Positions 29,173-40,008 of a DNA stretch of 64,000 nt are shown piece after piece. The translations under genes were made by a program, and so were the position numbers. This stretch comes from Sporosarcina sp. (GTDB lineage: Bacteria > Bacillota > Bacilli > Bacillales_A > Planococcaceae). Every line of letters begins with the position of its first letter. Position 1 is the stretch's first letter. The stretch is taken from NCBI GenBank assembly GCA_035300865.1, contig DATGUZ010000063.1, positions 3,867 through 67,866 on the forward strand, written 5' to 3'. The notes beneath the pieces are model-generated. The model was not told the origin of the DNA and did no database searches. It was given only the letters and a program-made list of their open reading frames with translations.

Positions 29173-29288
29173 TAAAAGGTCTGAAATTCGAAATTTTCGA
29201 TAAGCGAATTAATTATTTATTGTCAAAACATTCACACTCATTTGTTTTTATGCTAGAATGAACAAATATTTATATTGGAGGAGATTTT

Positions 29289-30557
29289 ATGTCAATGAAA
29301 GTTACCGAAGATGATTTACTGCATGTCGAAGATATTTTAAAAGCGTATCAAACGTTAAAAGATGTCGTTGTGCATACCCCGCTTCAAAAAAACGACGTGT
29401 ATTCGGCAAAATACGGCTGCGAATTATATATTAAGCGGGAAGATTTGCAGTATGTACGCTCCTTTAAATTGCGTGGTGCATTTTATAAAATGAAAAAAGT
29501 TGCCCATCTTGTACAGGATCATGGAGTAGTCTGTGCAAGTGCAGGGAATCATGCACAAGGTGTTGCGTACGCATGTGCAGAGCTTGATATTCACGGAACG
29601 ATTTTTATGCCGCAAACAACACCAAAACAAAAAGTTCAACAAGTAGAGTTGTTTGGTCGAGATCAGGTTGAAATTGTGTTGACGGGTGATACTTTCGACG
29701 AAGCTTATGAAGCGGCACAAGCATTTACGACTGAAGGTGGAAAAACGTTCATTCATCCATTTGATGATATTGATGTGATGAGTGGTCAAGGGACCGTTGG
29801 CATTGAAATTTTGAATGATATCGAACAGCCTGTGGATTATGTTTTTTCAAGCATCGGCGGTGGCGGTTTAATGGCTGGGATGAGTACATATATTAAAAAT
29901 GTTTCTCCACAAACAAAGATGATTGGTGTAGAACCTTCAGGTGCTGCTAGTATGAAACATTCATTTATGCATGGCCATGTAGAAGCGTTGTCTTCGATTG
30001 ATAAGTTTGTTGATGGTGCTGCCGTTCAATGTGCAGGCGAACAAACATATACAATTTGTCAAAAATATGTATCAGATATTGTCGCTGTGCCAGAAGGAAA
30101 AGCATGTACTGCAATTTTAGATTTATATAATGCACATGCGATTATTGCAGAACCCGCTGGTGCGTTACCAATCGCTGCATTAGATTTTTATCGAGAAGAG
30201 ATTAAAGGGAAAACGGTTGTTTGCGTCATTAGCGGTGGAAATAATGATATTAGCCGTATGCAAGAAATTAAAGAAAAATCATTAATGTACGAAGGATTGC
30301 TCTATTATTTCATCATTAATTTCCCACAACGTGCTGGGGCATTGCGAGAATTCCTCGATCATGTACTTGGGCCTAATGATGACATTGTCTCTTTTGAATA
30401 TACCAAGAAAAATAATAAAGAAAGCGGGCCTGGACTTGTCGGCATCGAATTAAAAAATCGGGATGATTATGAGGGGTTAATTGAGCGTATGCAAACATTC
30501 GGATTCCCTTATAAAGAAGTTAATAAGGACAATACATTATTTGATTTGCTTATATAA
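29289..30557 (+). CDS. ilvA: Threonine ammonia-lyase
   Basis: RSFKLRGA (PLP Lys), SAGNHAQG, GGGGL and a single C-terminal regulatory domain. Confidence 0.95.
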   Translation: MSMKVTEDDLLHVEDILKAYQTLKDVVVHTPLQKNDVYSAKYGCELYIKREDLQYVRSFKLRGAFYKMKKVAHLVQDHGVVCASAGNHAQGVAYACAELDIHGTIFMPQTTPKQKVQQVELFGRDQVEIVLTGDTFDEAYEAAQAFTTEGGKTFIHPFDDIDVMSGQGTVGIEILNDIEQPVDYVFSSIGGGGLMAGMSTYIKNVSPQTKMIGVEPSGAASMKHSFMHGHVEALSSIDKFVDGAAVQCAGEQTYTICQKYVSDIVAVPEGKACTAILDLYNAHAIIAEPAGALPIAALDFYREEIKGKTVVCVISGGNNDISRMQEIKEKSLMYEGLLYYFIINFPQRAGALREFLDHVLGPNDDIVSFEYTKKNNKESGPGLVGIELKNRDDYEGLIERMQTFGFPYKEVNKDNTLFDLLI

Positions 30558-30832
30558 ACCTCCCTACTTCAAACATATTGTTTTAAAGTGAGGGTTTTCT
30601 ACTAGATTATCTAAGTGCCTCCAACAAAGCTTATAGATTCATCATTTTTTGGCGCAAACATACAACAGCATATCTAGAAAGCTTCCGTAAATAACAGTGA
30701 ATTCCTTTCACTGAGCGAGCCTTTCATGCGCTTGAAGAGAGACTTCTTTTGGAAGGCGATTGATTTCAGCAACATAAATACTCCCGCCCATAAACAGCGT
30801 TGTTACTTTCTGTTGTTTACGAGCGGGGTTTT

Positions 30833-32107
30833 TTATTTGTCCATTGAACGATGAACATCTTCTTCATCTATGACATAAAATAGATCATCTGCTTCAGTTC
30901 CATCGAATTTTACATATAACTTTTTATCCAATCGATAAAAATCTGTGATTCCCATATGTGGAAATTGAATATACTGCTTCATCTCCCCTGTTTGTGCATC
31001 AAATTGAAGTAAGTTTGTGAGACTTGGGTCTTCGGGGTCGTTATCGATTAAATAGATATACTGTTCATCCGAATCGAATACTTCTTGGTGAGATACCCCA
31101 CCCACTGCTATGCGATATCGCTCTTCTTTTAAGTTTTCATCTAATGCGACAAGCATTTCCTCTACTGGGTCATGATAAAAAACCTGTTCATTTGCAACGT
31201 AAATGCCACCACTGGCATTGTTGACAAAAAGCTTCGATTTTTCCTCTAATGTCTGCCCGTCTACTAAAATAAACGTATGTCCATACTGGTTTTCCTTAGG
31301 GGAATCAATGATATATAAATCATCGGTTCCGTCTTTAGCGAAAATGCGTGTATCATTTGCAAATTCTTTTTGGGCTAATTGTTCTCCGGTTTCATTATCA
31401 TATGTAGAAACAAGACCATCTAATTCTGTAGCAGCAATTGTATCCATAAGTGCTGTTTCAATATAATCATGCTCTTCATTCTCCATTAACTTCACCGTTT
31501 TTTCTGTGTTTTCATTCGTCACTTGGACAGCTTGAGAGGTTGACCCTATGCGATAGACACCGCGATAAGCAACGTCGTCTTCATAGCCATCATCTTGATC
31601 GAATTCAATTTCTTCAACGATCTCACCAGTCGTCACATTTCCTTTTATATTTTTAAATCCTCTATAATGTAAGATCCCTTTTTCTAATGAGAACATTTGT
31701 GACGGAGAATCCCAAAATCTTGTTTGCCATATTTCCTTTTTCGACTCCACATCATAACGATATACATGATTCAAAAAGAAGGAAACGATTTCGCCATCAC
31801 CATAAACGATAGATGTTCCAGTGATGTCTTTATCTTCAATCTTTATCATATGTTGAGTATCTAACGTTTCAACTGGTACTGGCTCCTCTTCGAACGCAGA
31901 AAATACAATATTTGCTTCAGGCAGTTTAGCGTCTTCTGCTGGGGTTGCTTCGTCGGTTTTCACTTCCTCTTTTTCTTCTGTTTCATCTTCCTGTTGATCT
32001 GTAAAATGTTGATCTTCTTTTTCTTGCGTTTGAGGTTCTGAATCTTGTGAACTGCAAGCAGTTAACAATAATACGATGACACAAATAAGCCATGTGATTT
32101 TGCGCAT
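30833..32107 (-). CDS. Hypothetical lipoprotein with acidic linker and beta-propeller-like body
   Basis: Lipobox LTAC, E/D-rich tether, repeated D/N-x-x-TGE turns. Confidence 0.75.
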   Translation of the reverse strand: MRKITWLICVIVLLLTACSSQDSEPQTQEKEDQHFTDQQEDETEEKEEVKTDEATPAEDAKLPEANIVFSAFEEEPVPVETLDTQHMIKIEDKDITGTSIVYGDGEIVSFFLNHVYRYDVESKKEIWQTRFWDSPSQMFSLEKGILHYRGFKNIKGNVTTGEIVEEIEFDQDDGYEDDVAYRGVYRIGSTSQAVQVTNENTEKTVKLMENEEHDYIETALMDTIAATELDGLVSTYDNETGEQLAQKEFANDTRIFAKDGTDDLYIIDSPKENQYGHTFILVDGQTLEEKSKLFVNNASGGIYVANEQVFYHDPVEEMLVALDENLKEERYRIAVGGVSHQEVFDSDEQYIYLIDNDPEDPSLTNLLQFDAQTGEMKQYIQFPHMGITDFYRLDKKLYVKFDGTEADDLFYVIDEEDVHRSMDK

Positions 32108-32262
32108 ACAATCTTCCTTTCTAATTAGCTAAATGACATTCAGAGATTGGGCGTGTAAAAAATGAGGAATCGAGGTTTTTTACCCTTTCTATCATAGAAT
32201 AAAACGCATAGCTTAAAAAATCATCATAATTGTTCATTCGTCTCGCCTATTTTATAAGCCGA

Positions 32263-33510
32263 TTATTTATAATGACCACCTATTAAGGATGAGCGTTCAA
32301 TCGCTGTGCCCGCTTCTGTGTAGGAAGCCGCACGCAAAATAGTTGTTGTTCCGTACGTTCTTCTTAACTCATCTATCGTTTCATTTAGCACGCGTTTTTT
32401 CCATTTATGTTGATCAAATAAACTTAATTGTACGACTTTTTCATCTTCTAATTTACTAACACGAATCATTAGTTGGCGTATCGGTTGTCCGTCATGAAAT
32501 GTATCGAGCAGTAAAACACAAACATCGAATAAAGCCATTGTATCGTTCGTTGCTTCTTGTAAAGTGTGTGCGCGGCTAAAACCGCCACCTCCCATATGTT
32601 TAGAATAACTTACTGACAAATGGACGGTGCATGCTTGCTGTTTCGACGAACGTAAACGCATCGCAATATCTTCGCACATTTCAAGTAAAACAACCGAGAT
32701 ATCTGCTTGCTTAACGTAATCCCGATAAAAAATTTGTCCTTTTCCAAAGCTGATTTGATCATCAAATACAAATGGATTCATTTTAGTTAAATCAATCCCA
32801 TGTGCATGATTGTATAATTGATGTCCCATGACACCGAATTTACGTTCTAACATGTGAAGATCTGCATGTGCTAAATCTCTTACGGAAAAAATGCCCAGAT
32901 CATTTAAACGCTTTTGCAATCGTCCACCAATTCCCCATACTTTTTTCAAAGGGGTTACCGGCCATAATTTTTCTTCAATATCTTCATAAGACCATACAGC
33001 AATACCTGTCTTTTTTGCTTCTAAGTCAAGTGCTAATTTCGCCATTAATAAATTCGGTCCCATGCCAAATGCTGCATGCAATTGGAATTGCCGCAGTAAA
33101 TCATCACGAATGCGTTCAATAACTTGTAAAGGAGATCCCCATAAGCGTTCGGTCCCACTAAGATCAATAAAACTTTCATCAATGCTATAAGGAAATATCT
33201 TTTCTTTCGGGACATATACATTAAGTAGTCGCGTAATCTCCATTGATACTTTAAGATAATATTCCATTTTTGGTTCAATGAGTTGAATACTTGGATCTTT
33301 TGGAATTTCGAATAAACGATTTCCTGTTCGAATACCAAACTGTTTTTTTAAAGGTGGAGAGGCTGCTAATACAACACCGCCTTTTCGTTCTTTATTGCCA
33401 ATAATCGCAATAGGCGTTTTCATCACGTCGAGTCCTGCTTCTACTGCAGCACAACTCGCGTAAAAACTGCGCATGTCTATACAAACAATCGGTCTATTTG
33501 GCAATTTCAT
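32263..33510 (-). CDS. Y-family DNA polymerase, UvrX/YqjW (PolY2) type
   Basis: CIDMRSFYASC, YSIDESF, AKLALDLEAKK, QLSLF clamp motif and C-terminal IGGHYK. Confidence 0.92.
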   Translation of the reverse strand: MKLPNRPIVCIDMRSFYASCAAVEAGLDVMKTPIAIIGNKERKGGVVLAASPPLKKQFGIRTGNRLFEIPKDPSIQLIEPKMEYYLKVSMEITRLLNVYVPKEKIFPYSIDESFIDLSGTERLWGSPLQVIERIRDDLLRQFQLHAAFGMGPNLLMAKLALDLEAKKTGIAVWSYEDIEEKLWPVTPLKKVWGIGGRLQKRLNDLGIFSVRDLAHADLHMLERKFGVMGHQLYNHAHGIDLTKMNPFVFDDQISFGKGQIFYRDYVKQADISVVLLEMCEDIAMRLRSSKQQACTVHLSVSYSKHMGGGGFSRAHTLQEATNDTMALFDVCVLLLDTFHDGQPIRQLMIRVSKLEDEKVVQLSLFDQHKWKKRVLNETIDELRRTYGTTTILRAASYTEAGTAIERSSLIGGHYK

Positions 33511-33521
33511 CTCAATCACCT

Positions 33522-33571
33522 CGTACGTATGTTCTCATCTATAGTATAAGCTGTTTTGACATTGTGCGCAA
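33522..33571 (-). promoter_or_regulatory. SOS promoter: sigma-A promoter with LexA box
   Basis: TTGCGC-17-TATACT followed by AGAACATACGTACG (33522-33535) abutting the RBS. Confidence 0.8.
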
Positions 33572-33690
33572 TTGAATTGTAGTGGTAACATATGGAACTT
33601 GGTCTTTTACTATACAAATATACTAAAATGCGGTATATTCTAATTAGTTTGTGTTTTCTAATAACGAAATAGAGGAATGGGGGATTTTTT

Positions 33691-34668
33691 ATGTCACATT
33701 TACCAACAGTGTTCGACAATATGCGTTTGCCAGTAATCGGTGCACCGATGTTTATCATTAGTCATCCAAAGCTTGTAATTGAGCAATGTAAAGCAGGTAT
33801 TATCGGCTCAGTTCCCGCTTTAAATGCTCGTCCAGCATCACAATTAGAAGAATGGTTACAAGAAATCACAGAGGAATTGGCAGATTATAATGCCAAAAAT
33901 CCAAATAAACCAGCGGCACCTTTTGCAATCAATCATATCGTTCATCGTTCGAATAAGCGGTTGGAAGAAGATTTGGCGCTTTGTGTCAAATATCAAGTAC
34001 CGATTATGATTACATCACTTGGTGCGCGTGAAGAAGTATTTGAAGCTGCACATAGTTATGGTGGGTTTGTTTTTCACGATGTCATCAATAATACCTTTGC
34101 TAAAAAAGCAATTGAAAAAGGAGCCGATGGATTGGTAGCTGTTGCGGCTGGTGCAGGTGGTCATGCAGGTGATAAAAGTCCATTTGCACTCGTTCAGGAA
34201 ATTCGTGAATGGTTTGATGGACCTCTTGCATTATCAGGCTCTATTGCTAATGGTCATAATATTTTAGCTGCACAAGCGACTGGTGCAGACTTTGCATATA
34301 TTGGCTCACCTTTTATCGCAACTGAAGAAGCACGTGCAGCAGAAGCATATAAACAAACAATTGTGGAGAGTACATCAGATGATATTGTCTATAGTAATTT
34401 ATTTACAGGTGTACACGGAAACTATTTAAAGCCATCTATTCAAGCAGCTGGGCTAGATCCGGATAATTTACCGGAAAGTGATCCGTCCAAAATGGATTTC
34501 GGAGACAATAGTGCTAAAGCGTGGAAGGATATTTGGGGTAGTGGTCAAGGAATTGCGGCAGTTAAAGAAATTGTTCCAGCAGCAACTTATGTTGAGACGC
34601 TGAAAAAGGAATATCATGCAGCAGCTCAACGGATTATTAGCCTTACAAATCAAACAACAAATGTATAA
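33691..34668 (+). CDS. Nitronate monooxygenase family flavoprotein
   Basis: PVIGAPMF, GAGGHAG and AYIGSPFIAT motifs. Confidence 0.9.
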   Translation: MSHLPTVFDNMRLPVIGAPMFIISHPKLVIEQCKAGIIGSVPALNARPASQLEEWLQEITEELADYNAKNPNKPAAPFAINHIVHRSNKRLEEDLALCVKYQVPIMITSLGAREEVFEAAHSYGGFVFHDVINNTFAKKAIEKGADGLVAVAAGAGGHAGDKSPFALVQEIREWFDGPLALSGSIANGHNILAAQATGADFAYIGSPFIATEEARAAEAYKQTIVESTSDDIVYSNLFTGVHGNYLKPSIQAAGLDPDNLPESDPSKMDFGDNSAKAWKDIWGSGQGIAAVKEIVPAATYVETLKKEYHAAAQRIISLTNQTTNV

Positions 34669-34739
34669 CATAAAAACGGCTCCGATATTATTCGGTCAGC
34701 CGTTTTTGTTCTCTATTGACGAGGTATGGAATAGATATA

Positions 34740-35495
34740 TTACTTTTTATAGAAAAAACGTTTCCCTAGTCGCTCAATCATGGTTGGTATAACAGCATAT
34801 AATTTACTTGTTAGACCCATGTAACCAGGGAGATTTACTTCCCTTTTCGTTGTACCAATGGTTTGAATGGTTGCATCGACGACTTTATCTATTGAAAGAA
34901 GTTGTTTCTTTACAGCATGACGGTACTGTCCAGTGTGATCAGCATGTTCTAAAAAAGGGGTGTCAATCGGACCAGGGTGAATCGTTGTCACTACGATATT
35001 GTCTACTGTTAATTCCATCCGTAAAGCATTTGTGTAACCGATTAAAGCATGTTTGGATGCAGCATAAACACTTGTTTTAGGGGTGGCAACCTTTCCGGCT
35101 TGGGAACCAATAAAAATAAATTGTCCCCCTTTTTTTGGATGAAACATTGGCAAAAATCGTTTTGTTAATTGAATTGGACGTATAACATTGACGATCATCG
35201 TTTGTTCAACTTCCCGGTCACTCACTTCTTTTGCATAAGTAAAGGTCCCAACGCCCGCTGAAAAGATGACGACATCAAGCACGTCATCAATCGATTGTAC
35301 AAGATTGTCCATTTCGGTCGGATGTACCAAGTCAGCACGCACAGTTTTGGCCCCTAATCGTTGTAATTCCTCTAAAAGTTCTTTTTTTCTTCCTGTTGCC
35401 CATACAGTATGGCCTAGCTTCAGCAGCTTTTTAGCAAGAGCAAGTCCAACACCACTTGTTGCACCTGTAACAAGGATTGTTTTACTTTTTTGCAT
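34740..35495 (-). CDS. yqjQ: SDR oxidoreductase (YqjQ)
   Basis: TGATSGVG, YAASK and PGPIDT motifs; synteny. Confidence 0.85.
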   Translation of the reverse strand: MQKSKTILVTGATSGVGLALAKKLLKLGHTVWATGRKKELLEELQRLGAKTVRADLVHPTEMDNLVQSIDDVLDVVIFSAGVGTFTYAKEVSDREVEQTMIVNVIRPIQLTKRFLPMFHPKKGGQFIFIGSQAGKVATPKTSVYAASKHALIGYTNALRMELTVDNIVVTTIHPGPIDTPFLEHADHTGQYRHAVKKQLLSIDKVVDATIQTIGTTKREVNLPGYMGLTSKLYAVIPTMIERLGKRFFYKK

Positions 35496-36426
35496 AATAT
35501 AAAATACCATTTTCAGTGATTGTTTCGGTTAATAAAGCCTGATCAAATAAATCATCCACTTGTCCAATTGTTTCAGACAAGGTTAACCCTAATTCTTTTT
35601 CATAAACTGCTGGGAATAATTCTTGTGTTAATTCATAGATGGTTTTTGCTCCCCCATTGAACATGGCATATACTTTTTGAGCACGTTGTTGTTGTTCTTG
35701 TAAGCGGTTTTCAATCAGTGGATGAACATCTCTTACTTCATGGCCATGCCCTGCGTATACGACGTCAATCGGTAAATCTAATAAGCGACGTAGAGACGCA
35801 TTATATTGGAGTAATGAACGTGGTCTTTCTGCAGACGGATCCATTGGGGGCTCAATGAGTGGATTAGAGGACACTTTCCCTAATAATAAATCTCCACCAA
35901 TGAGTTCACGGTTTCGTTCATTCCAAAACGATAAATGACTTTGTGCATGCCCTAATGTTTCGAGTACCGTCCACCCCGGATGTCCTGGTAATTCATCCCC
36001 TTCTTCTAAAATAGCGTCTAATGGGCGTTCGCCAATTAATGCAATCGGTCGCTTCATTTTTTGAATCCAATGATAGTCTTTTTGCGGAACGCCTTCTTCT
36101 ACTAAACGATCATAGTAAAATTGATCGTGAAAATTAAAAAATTGTTCATCACGTGTTAACCAAAATTGATTGTATTGATGACCTAGTAATGTTGCGCGGT
36201 CAAAAGCCTCTACCCATCCAGAATGGTCAGGGTGATGATGGGTTAACACAACTTGTTCTACATCTTTAAATGTATATCCGGCTTCTTTTAATCCGAATTG
36301 CAATGCTTCATAAGCTTCTTTTGTTTTTGAACCTGCGTCGAATAATGTGAGTGCGTCCCCTTTAACGAGAAATGCATTTACTGTACCTACAGCAAAAGGT
36401 ACAGGCATTGTAATTGTATGAATCAT
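35482..36426 (-). CDS. yqjP: MBL-fold metallo-hydrolase (YqjP)
   Basis: THHHPDHSG, GHAQSH and AGHG motifs. Confidence 0.88.
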   Translation of the reverse strand: MIHTITMPVPFAVGTVNAFLVKGDALTLFDAGSKTKEAYEALQFGLKEAGYTFKDVEQVVLTHHHPDHSGWVEAFDRATLLGHQYNQFWLTRDEQFFNFHDQFYYDRLVEEGVPQKDYHWIQKMKRPIALIGERPLDAILEEGDELPGHPGWTVLETLGHAQSHLSFWNERNRELIGGDLLLGKVSSNPLIEPPMDPSAERPRSLLQYNASLRRLLDLPIDVVYAGHGHEVRDVHPLIENRLQEQQQRAQKVYAMFNGGAKTIYELTQELFPAVYEKELGLTLSETIGQVDDLFDQALLTETITENGILYYAKK

Positions 36427-36450
36427 ATGTTCGTCCCCTTTTTCGTCAAC

Positions 36451-36468
36451 AATGAATAAGTATTCATT
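36451..36468. promoter_or_regulatory. FadR(YsiA)-type operator
   Basis: Palindrome AATGAATAAGTATTCATT directly downstream of the -10 TATACT of yqjP. Confidence 0.65.
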
Positions 36469-36702
36469 TAGTATACGCTTTTTTGGAAAAAAGGTCATCT
36501 ATAATGAGTTTATTGACCTGACAATGATTCTTCTTTGATTGAAATGATATGTAATAATGCTTAGAGAAATAATATGAGCTGAGTTGTTATTTTGGAAAGT
36601 CCTCTCATCGACATATCCGCGAACCGAAGCATTAATGCAAGAATGAAGAACGTAATCTGTTATACTAAACGTGAAACGATAGCATATATTGGGGGAGATT
36701 TT

Positions 36703-37728
36703 ATGGCAACATTGTTTGAACCTTTTACGATTCGTCATACGACATTTAAAAATCGAATTGTGATGGCACCAATGTGTATGTATTCTAGCGAACAAGAAAA
36801 AGGTTTTGTCGAAGCATGGCATAAACTTCATTATGCAACGAGAGCAGTTGGGCAAGTTGGTTTGATTATACTAGAAGCAACTGCTGTGCATCCACAAGGC
36901 CGTATTTCTTCAAAAGATTTAGGAATTTGGGATGATGCACATATTGGCGGTTTACGTGAAGTTGTAGAAGACATTCATATGCATGGATCAAAAGCAGGGA
37001 TTCAACTTGCTCATGCAGGAAGAAAAGCTACAGTGGATGGCACCATTTACGCTCCATCTTCAATTCCTTTTAGCGAGGATTATCAAATCCCTAAAGAAAT
37101 GACACTTGATGATATTCAACAAATTGTCGTTGGTTTTAAGGAAGCTGCGAGACGTGCTAAAGAGGCGAAGTTCGATGTTATTGAACTGCACGCAGCACAC
37201 GGATATTTACTTAATACATTTTTATCGCCGCTATCAAATAAACGAACGGATGCATATGGTGGATCAGCTGAAAATCGCTATCGCCTTTTAAAAGAAGTCA
37301 TTGATGCAGTCAGAGTAGAATGGAGTGGTCCATTATTTGTCCGCATTTCTGCTAATGAATATGTCAAGGGTGGCATGACACCTGAGCACTATATTCAAAT
37401 GATTGATTGGATGAAATCCCAAACGATTGACTTAATCGACGTTAGTTCTGGAGGTGTTGTATTAGCGAATATTGACACATACCCAGGATACCAAGTGCCA
37501 TTTGCAGAAACGATTAAACGAGAAACGAATATGGTGACAGGAACAGTTGGATTAATTACTTCAGGGGAACAAGCAGAAGAAATTTTAAGAAATCATCGTG
37601 CGGACATGGTTTTCTTAGGGCGTGAACTGTTACGAAATCCTTATTGGGCATATGAAGCTGCAAAACAATTACGAACAGAAATTCCGTCACCAATACAATA
37701 TAAACGAGGGTGGCATTTTCATTCGTAA
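36703..37728 (+). CDS. namA: NADPH dehydrogenase NamA (old yellow enzyme YqjM)
   Basis: [23 protein letters not shown] and C-terminal QYKRGW. Confidence 0.95.
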   Translation: MATLFEPFTIRHTTFKNRIVMAPMCMYSSEQEKGFVEAWHKLHYATRAVGQVGLIILEATAVHPQGRISSKDLGIWDDAHIGGLREVVEDIHMHGSKAGIQLAHAGRKATVDGTIYAPSSIPFSEDYQIPKEMTLDDIQQIVVGFKEAARRAKEAKFDVIELHAAHGYLLNTFLSPLSNKRTDAYGGSAENRYRLLKEVIDAVRVEWSGPLFVRISANEYVKGGMTPEHYIQMIDWMKSQTIDLIDVSSGGVVLANIDTYPGYQVPFAETIKRETNMVTGTVGLITSGEQAEEILRNHRADMVFLGRELLRNPYWAYEAAKQLRTEIPSPIQYKRGWHFHS

Positions 37729-37795
37729 GCATACATGTAGACAATTGACCCCAAAATGAAAAAAGCGTGGCTTAATAGGCTACGCTTTTTTCGTC

Positions 37796-38749
37796 TTATT
37801 CCTCTACTATTTTGTTTAATGTTTGGTGTTTCCATTCAAATCGATCGAAATCATTTGCAACGTAAATCGGTGAGAAAATATGTTCACCCTCTGCTTTAAA
37901 TGCTTCTAGGTCGCTCGGTAAAAAGCGTGCACTAATATGATTAGCAATTAATACCTCTGCATTGGATTCTTTTGCAACAGTAGCGGCATCTTGAATCGTC
38001 GCATGCCCGTAGTCTTTTGCAATATTTCCAGTTTCCGCATTAAATGTTGCCTCATGGACAACAATATTCGCATTTTGCGCAAGGCGAATAGAAGCATCAC
38101 AATACGTTGTGTCTCCTAAAATAGTCACGATAAATCCTTGTTGTTGTTCACCTGTTACCTCTTTACTATAAATGATACGTCCATCTTCTAACGTAACATT
38201 ATGACCGTCTTTTAATCGTTTTAATAAAGGACCTTTTGGTACACCGAGTGTAAGTGCTTTATCAATCAGCAGTTTTCCAGGTAACGGCTTTTGTTCAATT
38301 CGAAATCCGTAAGAAGGAATGACATGTTGTAATTGCTCCACATACACTGTAAAATGTTCATTTTCGAAAAGAAGCCCTTCACTTAGTTCATGAATGTAGA
38401 GAGGGTAATTTACATGCGTCTTCGTCAATTGAAAAGTACCTTCTAGCCATGCAGCTAATCCAGGGGGACCGTAAATATGTAGTGGCTCTTGTTGTTCCCC
38501 ACTTAAAAACGAACGAGAACTAATCAGACCCGGTAAACCGTATAGATGATCACCGTGTAAATGTGTAATAAAAATATATTCGATTTTTCTTGGTTTTAAA
38601 GAGGTATGCAACAATTGATGCTGTGTCGCTTCTCCACAATCAAATAGCCAATAACCATGTTTTTCAGCAGATAAATCGAGTAATAATGAAGATGTATTTC
38701 TTAACTTTGATGGCATGCCAGCGCCCGTACCTAAAAAGTGTAATTCCAT
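37796..38749 (-). CDS. rnz: Ribonuclease Z
   Basis: FLGTGAGMPS, DCGEATQ, THLHGDH and HEATF motifs. Confidence 0.95.
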   Translation of the reverse strand: MELHFLGTGAGMPSKLRNTSSLLLDLSAEKHGYWLFDCGEATQHQLLHTSLKPRKIEYIFITHLHGDHLYGLPGLISSRSFLSGEQQEPLHIYGPPGLAAWLEGTFQLTKTHVNYPLYIHELSEGLLFENEHFTVYVEQLQHVIPSYGFRIEQKPLPGKLLIDKALTLGVPKGPLLKRLKDGHNVTLEDGRIIYSKEVTGEQQQGFIVTILGDTTYCDASIRLAQNANIVVHEATFNAETGNIAKDYGHATIQDAATVAKESNAEVLIANHISARFLPSDLEAFKAEGEHIFSPIYVANDFDRFEWKHQTLNKIVEE

Positions 38750-38750
38750 A

Positions 38751-39959
38751 TTAGTGATCGTTCTCCTTATTTACTTTGTTTTTTCCTCTATGAATTAAAT
38801 GCTCGCCAAATTTTGCTTGTAATGAATCGACAAGACGCTCCATTTTCTCTTCATTCGCATGTGCTTCATAATTGTACATTGATAATTGTTCATATACTTC
38901 TTCAATCGGGATCACATTGGATAATGTAATGCCAAGTAAACGAACTGGTTCCTCATTCCAGTGTTTCTTAAATAATTGAATGGCTTCTTCATAAATTGCT
39001 TCCGCCTGATAAATTGGATTGACGACTGTTTTACTTCGCGTATAATTCACCCAATCAGCTGTTCGTATTTGAATCATCAGAACATTCCCTGCTAATTGTT
39101 GACGTTCTAAACGAAGAGATACTTTTTCTGCTAGCCATTGGAATGTTTTTAAACAGTCTTCTAATCGTGTTAAATCCGTAGATAAAGTCGTTGAACTTCC
39201 AACACTTTTTCGTTCGGCAGCAGCTTCTGGATCCACTGGATTCGAATCGTTTCCATTTGCACGATTGCGCAAACGAATGCCATTTTTTCCAAGTAAAGAC
39301 TTCAATTTACCTTCATCGCAATTTGCCAACTGGCCAATTGTATATACATCAATGGAATGTAATTTTTCTTCCGTGCTTTTTCCAACACCATGCATATCAA
39401 TAACAGGTAAAGGCCATAATTTTTGCCCCACTTCCCGCTTTCGTAAAATGGTAATCCCCAAGGGCTTTTTCATATCAGAAGCAGTTTTAGCTAAAAATTT
39501 ATTCGGTCCAATGCCAATCGAACAAGGTAAATCGAGTTCTTGCAAGATTCTTTGTTGAATATTGTTTGTAATCGCTAAAGCATTTGTTAGCCCACCAATA
39601 TGCGTAATGTCCATATATGCTTCGTCAATCGATACAGGCTCTACTAAGTCTGTGTACGTACGAAGAATGTTAAAGACGGATTCAGAGGCAAGTCGATACT
39701 TATCAAAATCAGGTGGAATGACAACAAGCTCGGGACATAGGCGACGTGCTTCACCTACATTCATAGTTGTATAAACGCCTTTTGCGCGTGCTTCATAAGA
39801 ACAAGTGACAATAATACCGCGACGATGTTTTGGATTTCCAGCAATAGCGAGTGGAAGTCCCTTTAAAGATGGATCATATGATTGTTCTACAGAAGCATAG
39901 AAACTATTCATATCAACATGTAAAATAACACGTGGTTGTAACGATTGTCGTGTCTCCAT
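38751..39959 (-). CDS. dinB: DNA polymerase IV (PolY1/YqjH)
   Basis: HVDMNSFYASVE, SYEAR, SIDEAY and AKTASDMKKP motifs. Start moved to METRQ with RBS AAAGGA. Confidence 0.93.
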   Translation of the reverse strand: METRQSLQPRVILHVDMNSFYASVEQSYDPSLKGLPLAIAGNPKHRRGIIVTCSYEARAKGVYTTMNVGEARRLCPELVVIPPDFDKYRLASESVFNILRTYTDLVEPVSIDEAYMDITHIGGLTNALAITNNIQQRILQELDLPCSIGIGPNKFLAKTASDMKKPLGITILRKREVGQKLWPLPVIDMHGVGKSTEEKLHSIDVYTIGQLANCDEGKLKSLLGKNGIRLRNRANGNDSNPVDPEAAAERKSVGSSTTLSTDLTRLEDCLKTFQWLAEKVSLRLERQQLAGNVLMIQIRTADWVNYTRSKTVVNPIYQAEAIYEEAIQLFKKHWNEEPVRLLGITLSNVIPIEEVYEQLSMYNYEAHANEEKMERLVDSLQAKFGEHLIHRGKNKVNKENDH

Positions 39960-39977
39960 CTTTCTCTTCCTTTCATC

Positions 39978-40008
39978 AAAAAAGCCGAGCAGTCTTTTCC
40001 TGCTCGGC
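39978..40008 (-). terminator. Terminator immediately upstream of the dinB RBS
   Basis: GCCGAGCAG-GAAAAGA-CTGCTCGGC-TTTTTT. Confidence 0.8.

Noticed and set aside
32121-32237. 38-aa minus-strand ORF (MNNYDDFLSY...) downstream of the Y-polymerase as a YolD remnant
   Set aside because: Weak RBS and no YolD-like motif.
36420-36433. CGAACATATGATTC as a LexA box at the yqjP start
   Set aside because: It overlaps the start codon, the right arm is broken, and the FadR-like operator explains the promoter better.
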